Below are positions 52,565-62,115 of a DNA stretch of 64,000 nt, piece by piece (within the stretch, counting starts at the first letter, position 1; every line of letters begins with the position of its first letter). The translations under genes and the position numbers were made by a program. This DNA comes from Candidatus Poseidoniaceae archaeon. GTDB taxonomy: Archaea > Thermoplasmatota > Poseidoniia > Poseidoniales > Poseidoniaceae. Under the pieces are notes generated by a model. The model saw only the letters and a program-made list of their open reading frames with translations. It searched no databases and had not been told where the DNA came from. Location of the stretch: assembly GCA_030747785.1 (NCBI GenBank), contig JASLKC010000026.1, forward strand, positions 4,967 through 68,966, in the 5' to 3' direction.

Positions 52565-54618
52565 TGTTCACCTCCAAAGAGAGTTGTTTGGCCGGGCTGC
52601 CCCTCAACAACTCCAGGCTCGAACCCATTCATTTCTTCTTCACCAGCGGGTATTTCTGAATCGCCGAGAATTTCTTCCTGGCGACGAATTTCTTCAAGCA
52701 TCTTTTCATCTAATTTGGTCGCCCCAATTACATCTTGATTTCCTCTGAAGAAGACTTCAGTTTCATTCCAATCGCCTTTTTCGAGACCCGATAATGAGTA
52801 TGTAACACGCGCTTGTTCTCCCGGGTCTAGGGTTTCAATTTTCCATGCCCATATCCCCATGGCTTCCTTTCTACCCCCGCGTTCATTTGCGGTAATCTCG
52901 GCACCTTCCTTTTCGGGCCAGTTTACCAATAGAGAATATGACCGCGCCCGGGAAGTATAATTGAACAAGATAATCTCGACATCTGTGAGTTTAGTTTCAG
53001 TATTCCAAACGGTTTCCTCTTCACAAATTACCGCGGACATAATTTTGGTAATTGAGCCGGCTAAAGCAGGAACTGGGCGGTTCAGGATGGATGCAGACTT
53101 TGCAGCTATGGCAGGAAGAATATCATTAATCAACTCGAATTTTTCGCGAGTTTTTGCCATCTTCTTCTTTTTCTCAAGATGTTTTCTCAAACCCCTGCCC
53201 ATTTCGAGCATGGCCTTTCGTGTTTCTTCGAAAACAATTTCATTATCAGAAAGCGCTTCTTTAGCTTCAGATGTGAATTGCACATTGGTACTTGCAAGAT
53301 GTACTAATACAGCAGCAGGTCCCTTTGGAACCCCCCTCCCTCCTGGCTGGTCTAAGCCATATTGCCGCCAATCAACACTCTCAACAGCCTTGGTTAACAA
53401 GCACCCACCTTGTTGATACATTAGCGGCACTCTATTTGCAAACCTTAGAATTTCTACTGGTTTATCGGCTGCCATTCCCTCGCCAAAAATCAACCCAACC
53501 TCCACTTGGAAGGGGTTGCCGTGACTCACATTTGGCGCACGCGTCATGGTTGCAATAAATTTTGAATCAATAGTTTTCGATAAGCCCTTTTTGATTAACA
53601 TTTCTTCAATAGGAGATAGACAATTAGTAGGAGGGGAAAGGAGTTTGATCGCCTTATTGTTGATCATACGCTCTCCTTGGAACGATTCGAGTAGAGCACG
53701 TATTTGATCGGGCTTGAGAGATTTTGGTTTAGCGGTGACGGCCAGTTCAGATGCCTCACACAATTCCTTTGCTGCGCGCATAGAAACTCCAGAAAAGTTG
53801 GATCTCAAAAAAACAGTCATTCGAGAATCCTTCGATTCTTTGCACATACGTTGCAATTGCCCAAGTTCAATTCCATGGGGGTGTGGTTTGATAGCGTCGA
53901 CTTTGCCTGGTAGCCGCTCAGTAACTCGTGGCCAATGATGGACTTCTCCATCAGGATCCGTGAAAATAATATCTGCATGGGGATTTACAATGCTCGTCAT
54001 CCGTAGGTATTGGAAAACCGACTGTCTTCCGCGTTGGTATTTTGCCTTCATTCGCGAGGTAACACGAACTCCATGTTCCTTGAATGTGTGATCATCATTT
54101 TCCCAAATAATCCGGTCCTGGTCACTTTTTATGGCTTTATTTTTCCTAGTATCTAATCCAATATTCACACTTACTGCAGTGGCATCTGATGCCACTTTCG
54201 ATAGGATATGAGTTGGCTTGCCCGTAGTTAATTGGGAATACATTACTACGCCGGTAATACCAATTCCTTGCTGGCCTCTAGATTGCCTAATAGCGTGAAA
54301 CCTTGAACCGAATAATAACTGCCCAAAGACCTTTTCAATACTCTTTTGTGGAATTCCAGGACCATTGTCTTCGGTAATAAGTTCAATAATATCCTTCTTC
54401 GAATCTATTTTGTTGATTTTCACACGAATATCAGGTAGGATGCGCGCTTCTTCACACGCATCAAGAGCATTGTCCACGCCTTCCTTTACAGCAGTGATTA
54501 TTGAGCGTTGAAGGGTATCAAATCCGAGGAAATGCTTGTTCTTCTCAAAGAATTCTGAAATAGCTATTTGCTTTTGATTGCTTGCCATTTTGTCTGCAAT
54601 GCCCGCCATGGTGCTCAC
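52561..54618 (-). CDS. top6B: DNA topoisomerase VI subunit B (GHKL ATPase) with an extended C-terminal region
   Basis: The Bergerat-fold motifs are EGVDNALDA, EDNGPGIP and SRGQQGIG. The N-terminus is EFFEKNKHFLGFD. At 685 aa it has an extra Ig-like and acidic C-terminal stretch. Confidence 0.95.
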   Translation of the reverse strand: MSTMAGIADKMASNQKQIAISEFFEKNKHFLGFDTLQRSIITAVKEGVDNALDACEEARILPDIRVKINKIDSKKDIIELITEDNGPGIPQKSIEKVFGQLLFGSRFHAIRQSRGQQGIGITGVVMYSQLTTGKPTHILSKVASDATAVSVNIGLDTRKNKAIKSDQDRIIWENDDHTFKEHGVRVTSRMKAKYQRGRQSVFQYLRMTSIVNPHADIIFTDPDGEVHHWPRVTERLPGKVDAIKPHPHGIELGQLQRMCKESKDSRMTVFLRSNFSGVSMRAAKELCEASELAVTAKPKSLKPDQIRALLESFQGERMINNKAIKLLSPPTNCLSPIEEMLIKKGLSKTIDSKFIATMTRAPNVSHGNPFQVEVGLIFGEGMAADKPVEILRFANRVPLMYQQGGCLLTKAVESVDWRQYGLDQPGGRGVPKGPAAVLVHLASTNVQFTSEAKEALSDNEIVFEETRKAMLEMGRGLRKHLEKKKKMAKTREKFELINDILPAIAAKSASILNRPVPALAGSITKIMSAVICEEETVWNTETKLTDVEIILFNYTSRARSYSLLVNWPEKEGAEITANERGGRKEAMGIWAWKIETLDPGEQARVTYSLSGLEKGDWNETEVFFRGNQDVIGATKLDEKMLEEIRRQEEILGDSEIPAGEEEMNGFEPGVVEGQPGQTTLFGGEQ

Positions 54619-54679
54619 TCCGCAAGAGGTCCTCCTCCGTCCTATTGACGTTGGGCCTCGAACGAAGGTACCGTATCGC

Positions 54680-55285
54680 CTAGGGTTCTTGAACCATCCC
54701 CGCCGGAGGTTCCGAAGAAGCCTCTATATGAGCCAGCGTAATTTTACGAAGATAGTAAATCACCCATACCGTAAGAATTAGAGAAGCCCCCATCGCAGTC
54801 CAGTATGTCCAATCACGAGTTTCACTCATTGCTGTGGCAATACCATTGGCCTGACTACCCCACCATGCATATAGCGCCCCTGGGACGACCATTCCGGAGT
54901 TTCCAACGAGATAATCCTTCCAAGTAACATCGGTAAGGCCGTATCCGTAGTTTAGAAATGGGTAGGGGATTACTAAACTCATTCGTGTTAGCAATACGCA
55001 CCGAACACCATCATTACCCACCGCTTGTTTGAGCGCTTTCAACATGGGTTTTGATTTGAGTTTGCCATCCATCCACTCATACAAATATTTCCGGGTGATC
55101 CAAAACGGAAGAATTGCACCAAGACACGCCCCTACAAATGCAATCGCCCACCCGGCCCAGAAACCGAATAATAGCCCACTGACAAATTTGTGAAAACTCG
55201 CTGGTGCAACAAATAATGCCAATACGATGTAAAGAAGAAGATATGCAAAAATCCCAACGACACCATGTTCAGGAAACCATCCCAT
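54680..55285 (-). CDS. TVP38/TMEM64 (DedA-related, SNARE-associated) membrane protein
   Basis: The family core is LLYIVLALFVAPAS......G.LFGFWAGWAIAFVGACLGAILPFWITRKYL. The true start may lie upstream of the ATG (see findings). Confidence 0.75.
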   Translation of the reverse strand: MGWFPEHGVVGIFAYLLLYIVLALFVAPASFHKFVSGLLFGFWAGWAIAFVGACLGAILPFWITRKYLYEWMDGKLKSKPMLKALKQAVGNDGVRCVLLTRMSLVIPYPFLNYGYGLTDVTWKDYLVGNSGMVVPGALYAWWGSQANGIATAMSETRDWTYWTAMGASLILTVWVIYYLRKITLAHIEASSEPPAGMVQEP

Positions 55286-55399
55286 CCAGCCAATAATCGG
55301 AGCAAAAATAGTCTGGGTCAGTAAGATGACAAGAGCGATGCCACCAATAGTGCCAACGATTCCAAAAGTAGCATTACGTTTTACCGACAGACAAGCACC

Positions 55400-57385
55400 T
55401 CAATCAAAAAGGCCTTGATTCCAAGCGGTAATTTTGCCAGTAAAAGCGCTAGCGGCAACCGTTAGTGGACTAGCCAAATACAACTTTCCCGGCCCTGAAC
55501 GGCCCTGAAAGTTCCTATTAATCGCTGAAACGGTAACTTGTTCTGAACTTGTGGAAACCCCTGGTCCAGCGCCAATACAAGCTCCGCATCCAGGATCAAT
55601 CAAATTGACACCAACCTTCTGAAATAAGTCATGCCATCCCTTTCTCTCTGCGAGCGCTTTGACTTGCCCACTCCCATATTGGATGTAAAACTCGACGTTT
55701 TCCTTCACACTTAATCCGGCAGCATCTGCAGCAGCACAAACTTCAGCATAATATGCTACATCATCTTCCTTTCCAGCGGTACAGGAGCCTCCATATGCAA
55801 TATTGATGCTAATTTCACCAATATCTGATACATTGGCGCCATTCGTTGGATCCGAAGGAACACCCTCGTCAGGATTACCCGGATGGGCGACCATTGGAAC
55901 AATTGTCGCGAGGTCTATTTTATGGACGCCTCCATCATATATTGCGCCTTCATCAGGATGAACAGCAAGGGCTCTCATTCTCTCAGCATCCACGTTTTGA
56001 GCCTCTACCATCCATCTAATCAACGCATCATCGGATTCACAGATACCCGTTCTCCCACTACATTCAGTTGCCATATTGCAAAGGGTTGCTCGTTCATCAA
56101 CCGAGAGAGAAGATAGCCCTGGTCCACCAAACTCCATAGAACGATTCAAAGTTAACTCCTCTCGAGCATGGTCAGCTAGAATGTATAGGATTACATCTTT
56201 GGCCGTACAGCCTGGATGAAGAGATCCATTCAGTTCAAATCTAATTGACTCGGGCACCTTGACAAAGGTAAATCCGGAATAAACAAGACTAGCATACTCC
56301 GTTGCTCCAACTCCATATGTGAGAGCATTCGATGCACCGCCCATACAAGTATGAGAGTCGGTTGCTTGAATAAAATCTCCAACTTCAATGAATTCTTCTC
56401 TTGCAACCTGATGGCATATTCCTGGAGAGACGCCGTCAACAGCAGAGTAATCTCTTACTCCAGTGTGCTTCTGGAAGGCGACTTGCATATCTCGTAAAAT
56501 TTGCACTTTATCCATATGGCTAACAAATTTTGGATTGTGATGTGCATATAGCAAATGGTCTTCAAACACTGCGAACTTACTAGGATTAGGCAAGGAATAA
56601 TCCGCTCCAAATTCTTCTGTTAGGAACGAATGCACCTGCGCTGTAGTAAATTCATGCGAATAACCGCCCTGGACTTGGGCAATTACTGGATCATGAGGTT
56701 TGACCGATTGCCCCTCCAACTGTCCTACAAGGTTCCTTGAGATTATTTTCTCAGCCATTGTCATTGGACGAGATGGCGTATCTATCGGAGGCAGCGCAAT
56801 AGCGCCTGCTTGTAGTTTAGATGCAAAAGGAAACAACCCTCCACTTTCGATAATGATCTTGGTTACAGGGTCATACTGTGATGTAAATTCGTCAAGCGAA
56901 ACACTCTCTCCATTTTGCAGGCGTTCCAGCATGGCATGGTCCCCCATCAATTGACCGAGATTGATATTATTCCTTTCGTGAATAGGAGCGAATGACGAAG
57001 CAATAACAAGCCGAATTCCCCCCCACCTTTCACATTGGGCAGCAGTCTCTCTAGAGGAGCCAGTACCCTTCCTTTGCCCAGAGACAATCACTTCAAATCC
57101 GCCATTAATGAGGGCATTTTCACTAAACACTCTCATTCCTTCGAGCATTAATCCCGCATACGCATTCTTTGCAATTTCACTAGGCTCGTGGTCGAAGCAA
57201 ACCCATGCTGGAGTCATAACATCTGTATTGATATCGTCGAGCAAATCTTCTGGGCGAAGGTCTGACATTTTTAGGTCGAGCCCGTCGTATAATTGGCGCT
57301 TGATCAAATCAAGATCTTTGGTGAGAAATAAGACGCGCTTTTCAGGGGAGAGGCGAACTTCTTTGGGGGGCCAATTTTCCATCAC
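55400..57385 (-). CDS. Aconitase-family Fe-S hydro-lyase with the swivel (LeuD-like) domain placed N-terminally to domains 1-3
   Basis: The N-terminal ~190 aa contain the swivel-domain motif GTGSSRETAAQ. These are followed by ATDSHTCMGG, GGSCTAGKEDD and DPGCGACIGAG, the three cluster Cys contexts of aconitase/IPM isomerase large subunits. Confidence 0.9.
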   Translation of the reverse strand: MMENWPPKEVRLSPEKRVLFLTKDLDLIKRQLYDGLDLKMSDLRPEDLLDDINTDVMTPAWVCFDHEPSEIAKNAYAGLMLEGMRVFSENALINGGFEVIVSGQRKGTGSSRETAAQCERWGGIRLVIASSFAPIHERNNINLGQLMGDHAMLERLQNGESVSLDEFTSQYDPVTKIIIESGGLFPFASKLQAGAIALPPIDTPSRPMTMAEKIISRNLVGQLEGQSVKPHDPVIAQVQGGYSHEFTTAQVHSFLTEEFGADYSLPNPSKFAVFEDHLLYAHHNPKFVSHMDKVQILRDMQVAFQKHTGVRDYSAVDGVSPGICHQVAREEFIEVGDFIQATDSHTCMGGASNALTYGVGATEYASLVYSGFTFVKVPESIRFELNGSLHPGCTAKDVILYILADHAREELTLNRSMEFGGPGLSSLSVDERATLCNMATECSGRTGICESDDALIRWMVEAQNVDAERMRALAVHPDEGAIYDGGVHKIDLATIVPMVAHPGNPDEGVPSDPTNGANVSDIGEISINIAYGGSCTAGKEDDVAYYAEVCAAADAAGLSVKENVEFYIQYGSGQVKALAERKGWHDLFQKVGVNLIDPGCGACIGAGPGVSTSSEQVTVSAINRNFQGRSGPGKLYLASPLTVAASAFTGKITAWNQGLFD

Positions 57386-57735
57386 GCCTTTGTCCTCAAT
57401 CTACTTCAGGAGGGAGGTGGGTATAACGGGTTCGGAATTGTTGTAAATTTCATGTCGCGCGAATAATAAACACGTCATTTTCGCCCCTTTCTTTTTGAAT
57501 TACCCAAATTTATCCCCCATTCGTTAATCTACTCCATAATCCAGCCGAATCGCCTATGAAAAAACCCACTATTTTCCCTTTGAATATTATTTGTACGATA
57601 GAATCGACGCACTGAGTCCAAATTAGCCATTTTCATCTAATAACCGTGCCGGCGAACGATTCAAATACCCCCCGATTTAGGACACATCTACATTCAATGG
57701 GCAGTTTGCCCTTTGGATTTTCTGAGGGATACATC

Positions 57736-58665
57736 ATGGATAACAACCAACATGTCGAGGATATTGTGAAGTGTAGTGACTGTGGAAGTCGCGCACTCAC
57801 CCGAGACGAAACCCGGGGCGAAGTCGTCTGCGACGATTGCGGCCTAGTGCTTGAAGACAATGTGATCGACCAAGGCGCAGAATGGCGCGTCTTTAGTCCA
57901 GAGCAAGGAGACCAACGCGCACGAACAGGCGCTCCAATGACGGTCATGTTGCACGACAAAGGACTGTCAACCGATATCGATTGGCAGAACAAGGATTGCT
58001 CTGGTAAGACAATCAATTCACGTTACCGTTCGCAATTTTACCGAATGAGAAAGTGGCAGAAGCGCTCCCGCGTCAGTAATGCAACAGAGAGAAATCTTGC
58101 AATGGCTCTTGCTGAACTTGATAGAATGGCGAGCCGACTTGAATTACCAAAGTCGGTAAGAGAGGCAGCAGCTGTAAATTACAAGAAAGCAGTAGAAAAG
58201 CGCCTAATTCGAGGCCGTTCAATCGAAGGCGTAGCTGCAGCATCTCTGTATGCAGCATGTCGACAATGTGGCGTTCCACGCACTCTTGATGAGATTGGCC
58301 AAGCTAGTCGAACAGGACGCAAGGAAATCGGACGTACCTACCGTTTCATGGTACGTGAACTGAAGATGAAAATCATGCCAACAGGCCCTGAAGATTACAT
58401 CTCTCGTTTCTGTTCAGGATTAGGGCTCGATGCCGAGGTTGAAGCAAAAGCTCACGAGTTGATCAAGGCTGCACAGGAGAAAGAACTCACCAGTGGGCGT
58501 GGACCTACCGGTATTGCCGCGTCCATTATCTACATCGCATCCGTACTATGCGGAAAGCGTAGAACCCAGCGCGAAGTAGCAGAGGTCGCAGGTGTGACTG
58601 AAGTTACAATCCGTAACCGCTACAAGGAACTCATCCAAAATCTAAACATCGAACTCGATATTTGA
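57736..58665 (+). CDS. tfb: Transcription initiation factor IIB (TFB)
   Basis: The N-terminal Zn ribbon is CSDCGS...VCDDCGLV. B-reader/linker regions (EWRVF, GAPMT) and two cyclin-fold repeats follow. The start is set at ATG 57736 (MDNNQHVED...). Confidence 0.95.
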   Translation: MDNNQHVEDIVKCSDCGSRALTRDETRGEVVCDDCGLVLEDNVIDQGAEWRVFSPEQGDQRARTGAPMTVMLHDKGLSTDIDWQNKDCSGKTINSRYRSQFYRMRKWQKRSRVSNATERNLAMALAELDRMASRLELPKSVREAAAVNYKKAVEKRLIRGRSIEGVAAASLYAACRQCGVPRTLDEIGQASRTGRKEIGRTYRFMVRELKMKIMPTGPEDYISRFCSGLGLDAEVEAKAHELIKAAQEKELTSGRGPTGIAASIIYIASVLCGKRRTQREVAEVAGVTEVTIRNRYKELIQNLNIELDI

Positions 58666-58732
58666 GGGCGGTGACGATTCTGGATATGGGGTGTGAAAGG
58701 ACATCCCCTGAGTTCGTACTATAGGTGGAAAT

Positions 58733-60202
58733 ATGAAGAGTCGAAGGAATGTTTCTGATAAGGCAATGGAGGCGTTAGCCGCAAGCCTAGTCGCCGCCCT
58801 AGAGAGGGGCGTAGAATCATGGCCCCTTCCACCACCTCCTTTGACCGACCCCGACTTCCCAGCGACAATACCCGAGCACCCACATCATCTCACAGAGAAA
58901 GGTCTGGGGCTTCTCAGAGCAGATAGAGGGATGTTCGACAGACATCTGGCAATTGTAGTCGATTCTATTGTGCCACATAGAATGAATCTCACCGATGATG
59001 CATTCGAAGTACATGAGAAGTGGTTATTGCGTAGACTCGATGTTCTAACTGAAAGATTACTATTTGCAATTGCAACAGAGTGGTTGGCATTGGCTCTTGA
59101 CCGGTCATGCCCCGACCCGGACAGATGGTGGCTTGCAATAGCATTGGTCAATGGATTGGCGAATAAGGCCCATGGCCAACCAGTCCATCAAGGGTATCAC
59201 TTGGTTGAATCCATCGCATTAGCCGAAAGGCCCGGAACCTGGCACACACAACCAGAAATCTCCTCGGCAAATGTTGATTGGAATCCCCATGGAATGACTC
59301 CAAGAATAACTTCAGTTGTTGCACACGATAAAGGGGCACAAGCTGCAATTTGGCTACTTACTCGTCTCGAGCAAGGCGATGAACAACGTCGAACACTACT
59401 AATCGAATGGTGCAAACTACTCTTAGAAAGAAAGGAATTAATTTCTGCTCTTGACATTTCAGGATTCCTTATCCGTCGTTCAAGCGATTCATCACCAGAA
59501 ATAGCTAGCCGCGTTGTAGGTTGCCTAGCGAGGCTAATTGAAGGGGATAAAGAAGCGGGACTAGAGTGCGTTCGTATTCTGCACGGACGCAAAGATCTTC
59601 TTGTCAAAAGAGCAATGGCCGATACAGTAACCCGTCTTTTCCGACGCATTGGAGAAGGAGCCGTCTCTCTTCTCAATGATATGTTAGATGACGAAGACGA
59701 GAGTGTTTTGGCCGCTGCTAGCGCTACAGTGGGCGACCTCCGATTTATTGATCAGGAATTGTGGGCTAACAGAATTAAGGAATTATGCTCCCATCCCGTC
59801 AGGATTGTAAGACGAAATCTTGTTTTGACTCTGCGTGACTATCTTGAAGCATTCCCAATAGACGAAAGAGAAATTATTCCTGCACTATGGGAAGATGGCG
59901 ATGAAGTAGTTATGACTCGCTTGCGGGAACTATTACTTCGAATGGAAGAAGTGGACCCCGATAGATTTGCAACTACATTGAAGTCGATGAAAGACTTGAA
60001 TTTAGAGAGCCTATGGGCGCCTTTAGAAGTTCGTCGAAGTGAAACGGTGATGGGATGGAAGAAATGGTTAGCAGGAGAAGGCGAAGTGCCTGCGAGAACT
60101 CCGGAAAAACCCCAGATCCATATTTCTGATATGAGCGAGGCTGAGTTACCAGAATTAGATGATGCACTTGCTTCGTTAGACGATCTTGGATTCTTAGATT
60201 GA
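58733..60202 (+). CDS. Hypothetical all-alpha protein with HEAT/ARM-like repeats in the C-terminal half
   Basis: 489 aa. It has repetitive amphipathic helix pairs (VVGCLARLIE..., VKRAMADTVTRLF..., VRIVRRNLVLTLRDYL...). I recognise no catalytic motif. Confidence 0.55.
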   Translation: MKSRRNVSDKAMEALAASLVAALERGVESWPLPPPPLTDPDFPATIPEHPHHLTEKGLGLLRADRGMFDRHLAIVVDSIVPHRMNLTDDAFEVHEKWLLRRLDVLTERLLFAIATEWLALALDRSCPDPDRWWLAIALVNGLANKAHGQPVHQGYHLVESIALAERPGTWHTQPEISSANVDWNPHGMTPRITSVVAHDKGAQAAIWLLTRLEQGDEQRRTLLIEWCKLLLERKELISALDISGFLIRRSSDSSPEIASRVVGCLARLIEGDKEAGLECVRILHGRKDLLVKRAMADTVTRLFRRIGEGAVSLLNDMLDDEDESVLAAASATVGDLRFIDQELWANRIKELCSHPVRIVRRNLVLTLRDYLEAFPIDEREIIPALWEDGDEVVMTRLRELLLRMEEVDPDRFATTLKSMKDLNLESLWAPLEVRRSETVMGWKKWLAGEGEVPARTPEKPQIHISDMSEAELPELDDALASLDDLGFLD

Positions 60203-60219
60203 CCGCCACTATCTTGAGT

Positions 60220-62115
60220 ATGAGCCTGCCTGCACGAGTCATGCGACGCCATGTAGCCGTGTGCCTGATTCTATTGCTGATGGGAATTGCACCCGTTTCA
60301 TCTGCATCATTTTCATCCGATCCAATCGCTTCATTCAGCGGCAGTTTTGAAACCACGTCCGAACAAACATCAATCTCAATTGAGGTCATTCAAACCAACG
60401 ATGCCGATTTCCTCGATCAAATAAAACAGTCAACTTGGAAATTATTGAGAAATAGTAGCCAAGTCGGCGATGAATTCAGCCTTTGCACCTTAGAAATGTT
60501 GAATTCAGAGTGCGCTGGAAATATTGTAAACATCACAATAAGCCCACCTCCTGATTTTTCTGGGCAAGCGATTTACGATTTGGTAGGAACGCTTTCCGAT
60601 GGGACGATATATGCTGGCGGCACCATTCAAATCAATGAAAATACAAGTGAAATATTGGCACCAGAATCTTTGACTGCAGCATATGATTCAACCAATCAAG
60701 TCACAAACTTAGAATGGATCATACCTTCTGAAACTCCAGCAGGGTATCATATTGTAATATATCGTCACACCACTCCTGCTAGCGGGGCTACTTGGCAAAT
60801 GATGACTAAAGAAATGCTGACCAATTCGATCTCGGAAGGTGAAACTAGCTATGCTGTGGACCACTCGGGCACATCAATTGAAGAGGAAGTATACTACTCA
60901 GTAACATTCCAATATCCAATGTCTGAGGACGTTAGATTCATCGGAACCAATACACTTGATACACCTATTCTCGAGGATAATATTGCTCCATTAATATTTG
61001 GTGAACTAAGCGCAATTTACAATCCCGATACTTCGACAACAATACTGGATTGGGGAGAGGGGATTATCGATTCGGGCTTGGTAATCAATATTTATCGCTC
61101 TTCGATAGTGCTGGAGGAAATCGACCCAAATACACATGTTGCTACCGTGGATGCGAGCATGTCGATGTACGAAGTGATGGTTCCATTTGGTGAACACCGT
61201 CAGAGTTGGTATACAGTGACGCTAGAAGATGAAGTTGGTAATGAGGTATTAGCGATCACACCATCTTCTCCAAGTACAGGGCCAATTATCGAATCCACCT
61301 ATTCTTCAACCACAGTGAATAGTATTGCAGCAGAACGTTTGGCCGATGGGACAATCACAGTGTCCTGGCATGATAATACAGGAAACCCCGACGCAACAGC
61401 CAAAATCTGGCGTTCGATAACGGGGCCGATAGATTCACTTCAGGACATGGAAGAAGTAGGCTCCACAAACGTTGGATACCTTAGCTTCAGCCACCAACCG
61501 CCCGACGCTCTAGATTCGGTTTGGTATGCAGTTTCCATCGAAGGCTCATGGGGGGCCGAATCATTGCCTTGGCACGATGAAACTATGTCAGCAGGAATTA
61601 ATTCGATGACTGATTCAATCAGTGAATTGGCACCTCCAGTAAATGAAAGCGTAGAAGCAAATCTCACAGTAGAAGTCTGGGGCCTTGATAACAAATGGCA
61701 CTTGATTGGCGATGGCGGCTCGTATAATCTCAATGGAATGATAAACGGCAGTCAAGTATTGATTCGAACTTCTGAAGAAGTGGAAAACATAACTCATGGT
61801 ACCTTTGGCGATGTAGAGACAGTTGCTACCCTGGGTGGCCCTAGCCTCTATTTCCTCGAAATAACTGCGGACAGGGAGATTGGTGTTAGCGTGTATGTTG
61901 ATGGCGAAGAGGTTCATTTCATGCGCTTATCCGTCAGTGTGATTGAGGATACAGACAATCTTGCCGATGAGTCCGAAGATGAGATTGAAGGGCACACTCC
62001 TGAAGATGAAAGAACGATTGCAGTCTACATCATTGGCGTTCTAATGATTGTACTATTTGGTTACCTAATGGTGATGATGCGAGACCCATCATCGGCATTA
62101 CGCGAAGAGGAGTGA
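60220..62115 (+). CDS. Hypothetical exported protein with three FN3-like modules and a C-terminal TM helix
   Basis: The signal-like N-terminus is MRRHVAVCLILLLMGIAPVSSAS. Three modules share the pattern L.A.Y......T.L.W .... I.IYR ... [YW]Y.V[TS]. The C-terminal helix is IAVYIIGVLMIVLFGYLMVMM. The tracked TTG start at 60199 overlaps the upstream stop. Confidence 0.6.
   Translation: MSLPARVMRRHVAVCLILLLMGIAPVSSASFSSDPIASFSGSFETTSEQTSISIEVIQTNDADFLDQIKQSTWKLLRNSSQVGDEFSLCTLEMLNSECAGNIVNITISPPPDFSGQAIYDLVGTLSDGTIYAGGTIQINENTSEILAPESLTAAYDSTNQVTNLEWIIPSETPAGYHIVIYRHTTPASGATWQMMTKEMLTNSISEGETSYAVDHSGTSIEEEVYYSVTFQYPMSEDVRFIGTNTLDTPILEDNIAPLIFGELSAIYNPDTSTTILDWGEGIIDSGLVINIYRSSIVLEEIDPNTHVATVDASMSMYEVMVPFGEHRQSWYTVTLEDEVGNEVLAITPSSPSTGPIIESTYSSTTVNSIAAERLADGTITVSWHDNTGNPDATAKIWRSITGPIDSLQDMEEVGSTNVGYLSFSHQPPDALDSVWYAVSIEGSWGAESLPWHDETMSAGINSMTDSISELAPPVNESVEANLTVEVWGLDNKWHLIGDGGSYNLNGMINGSQVLIRTSEEVENITHGTFGDVETVATLGGPSLYFLEITADREIGVSVYVDGEEVHFMRLSVSVIEDTDNLADESEDEIEGHTPEDERTIAVYIIGVLMIVLFGYLMVMMRDPSSALREEE

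Noticed and set aside
55400-55402. The TGA between the aconitase-family and TVP38-like genes, considered as a selenocysteine or programmed readthrough codon.
   Set aside because: The aconitase-family protein ends at a normal family C-terminus. I see no SECIS-like hairpin downstream. A soluble Fe-S enzyme fused to a membrane protein is implausible, so a non-canonical start is the more economical explanation.
57646-57735. A 30-codon N-terminal extension of TFB from the tracked start.
   Set aside because: Archaeal TFBs begin a few residues before the zinc ribbon. The extension ([30 protein letters not shown]) has no counterpart that I know, and ATG 57736 gives the canonical layout.
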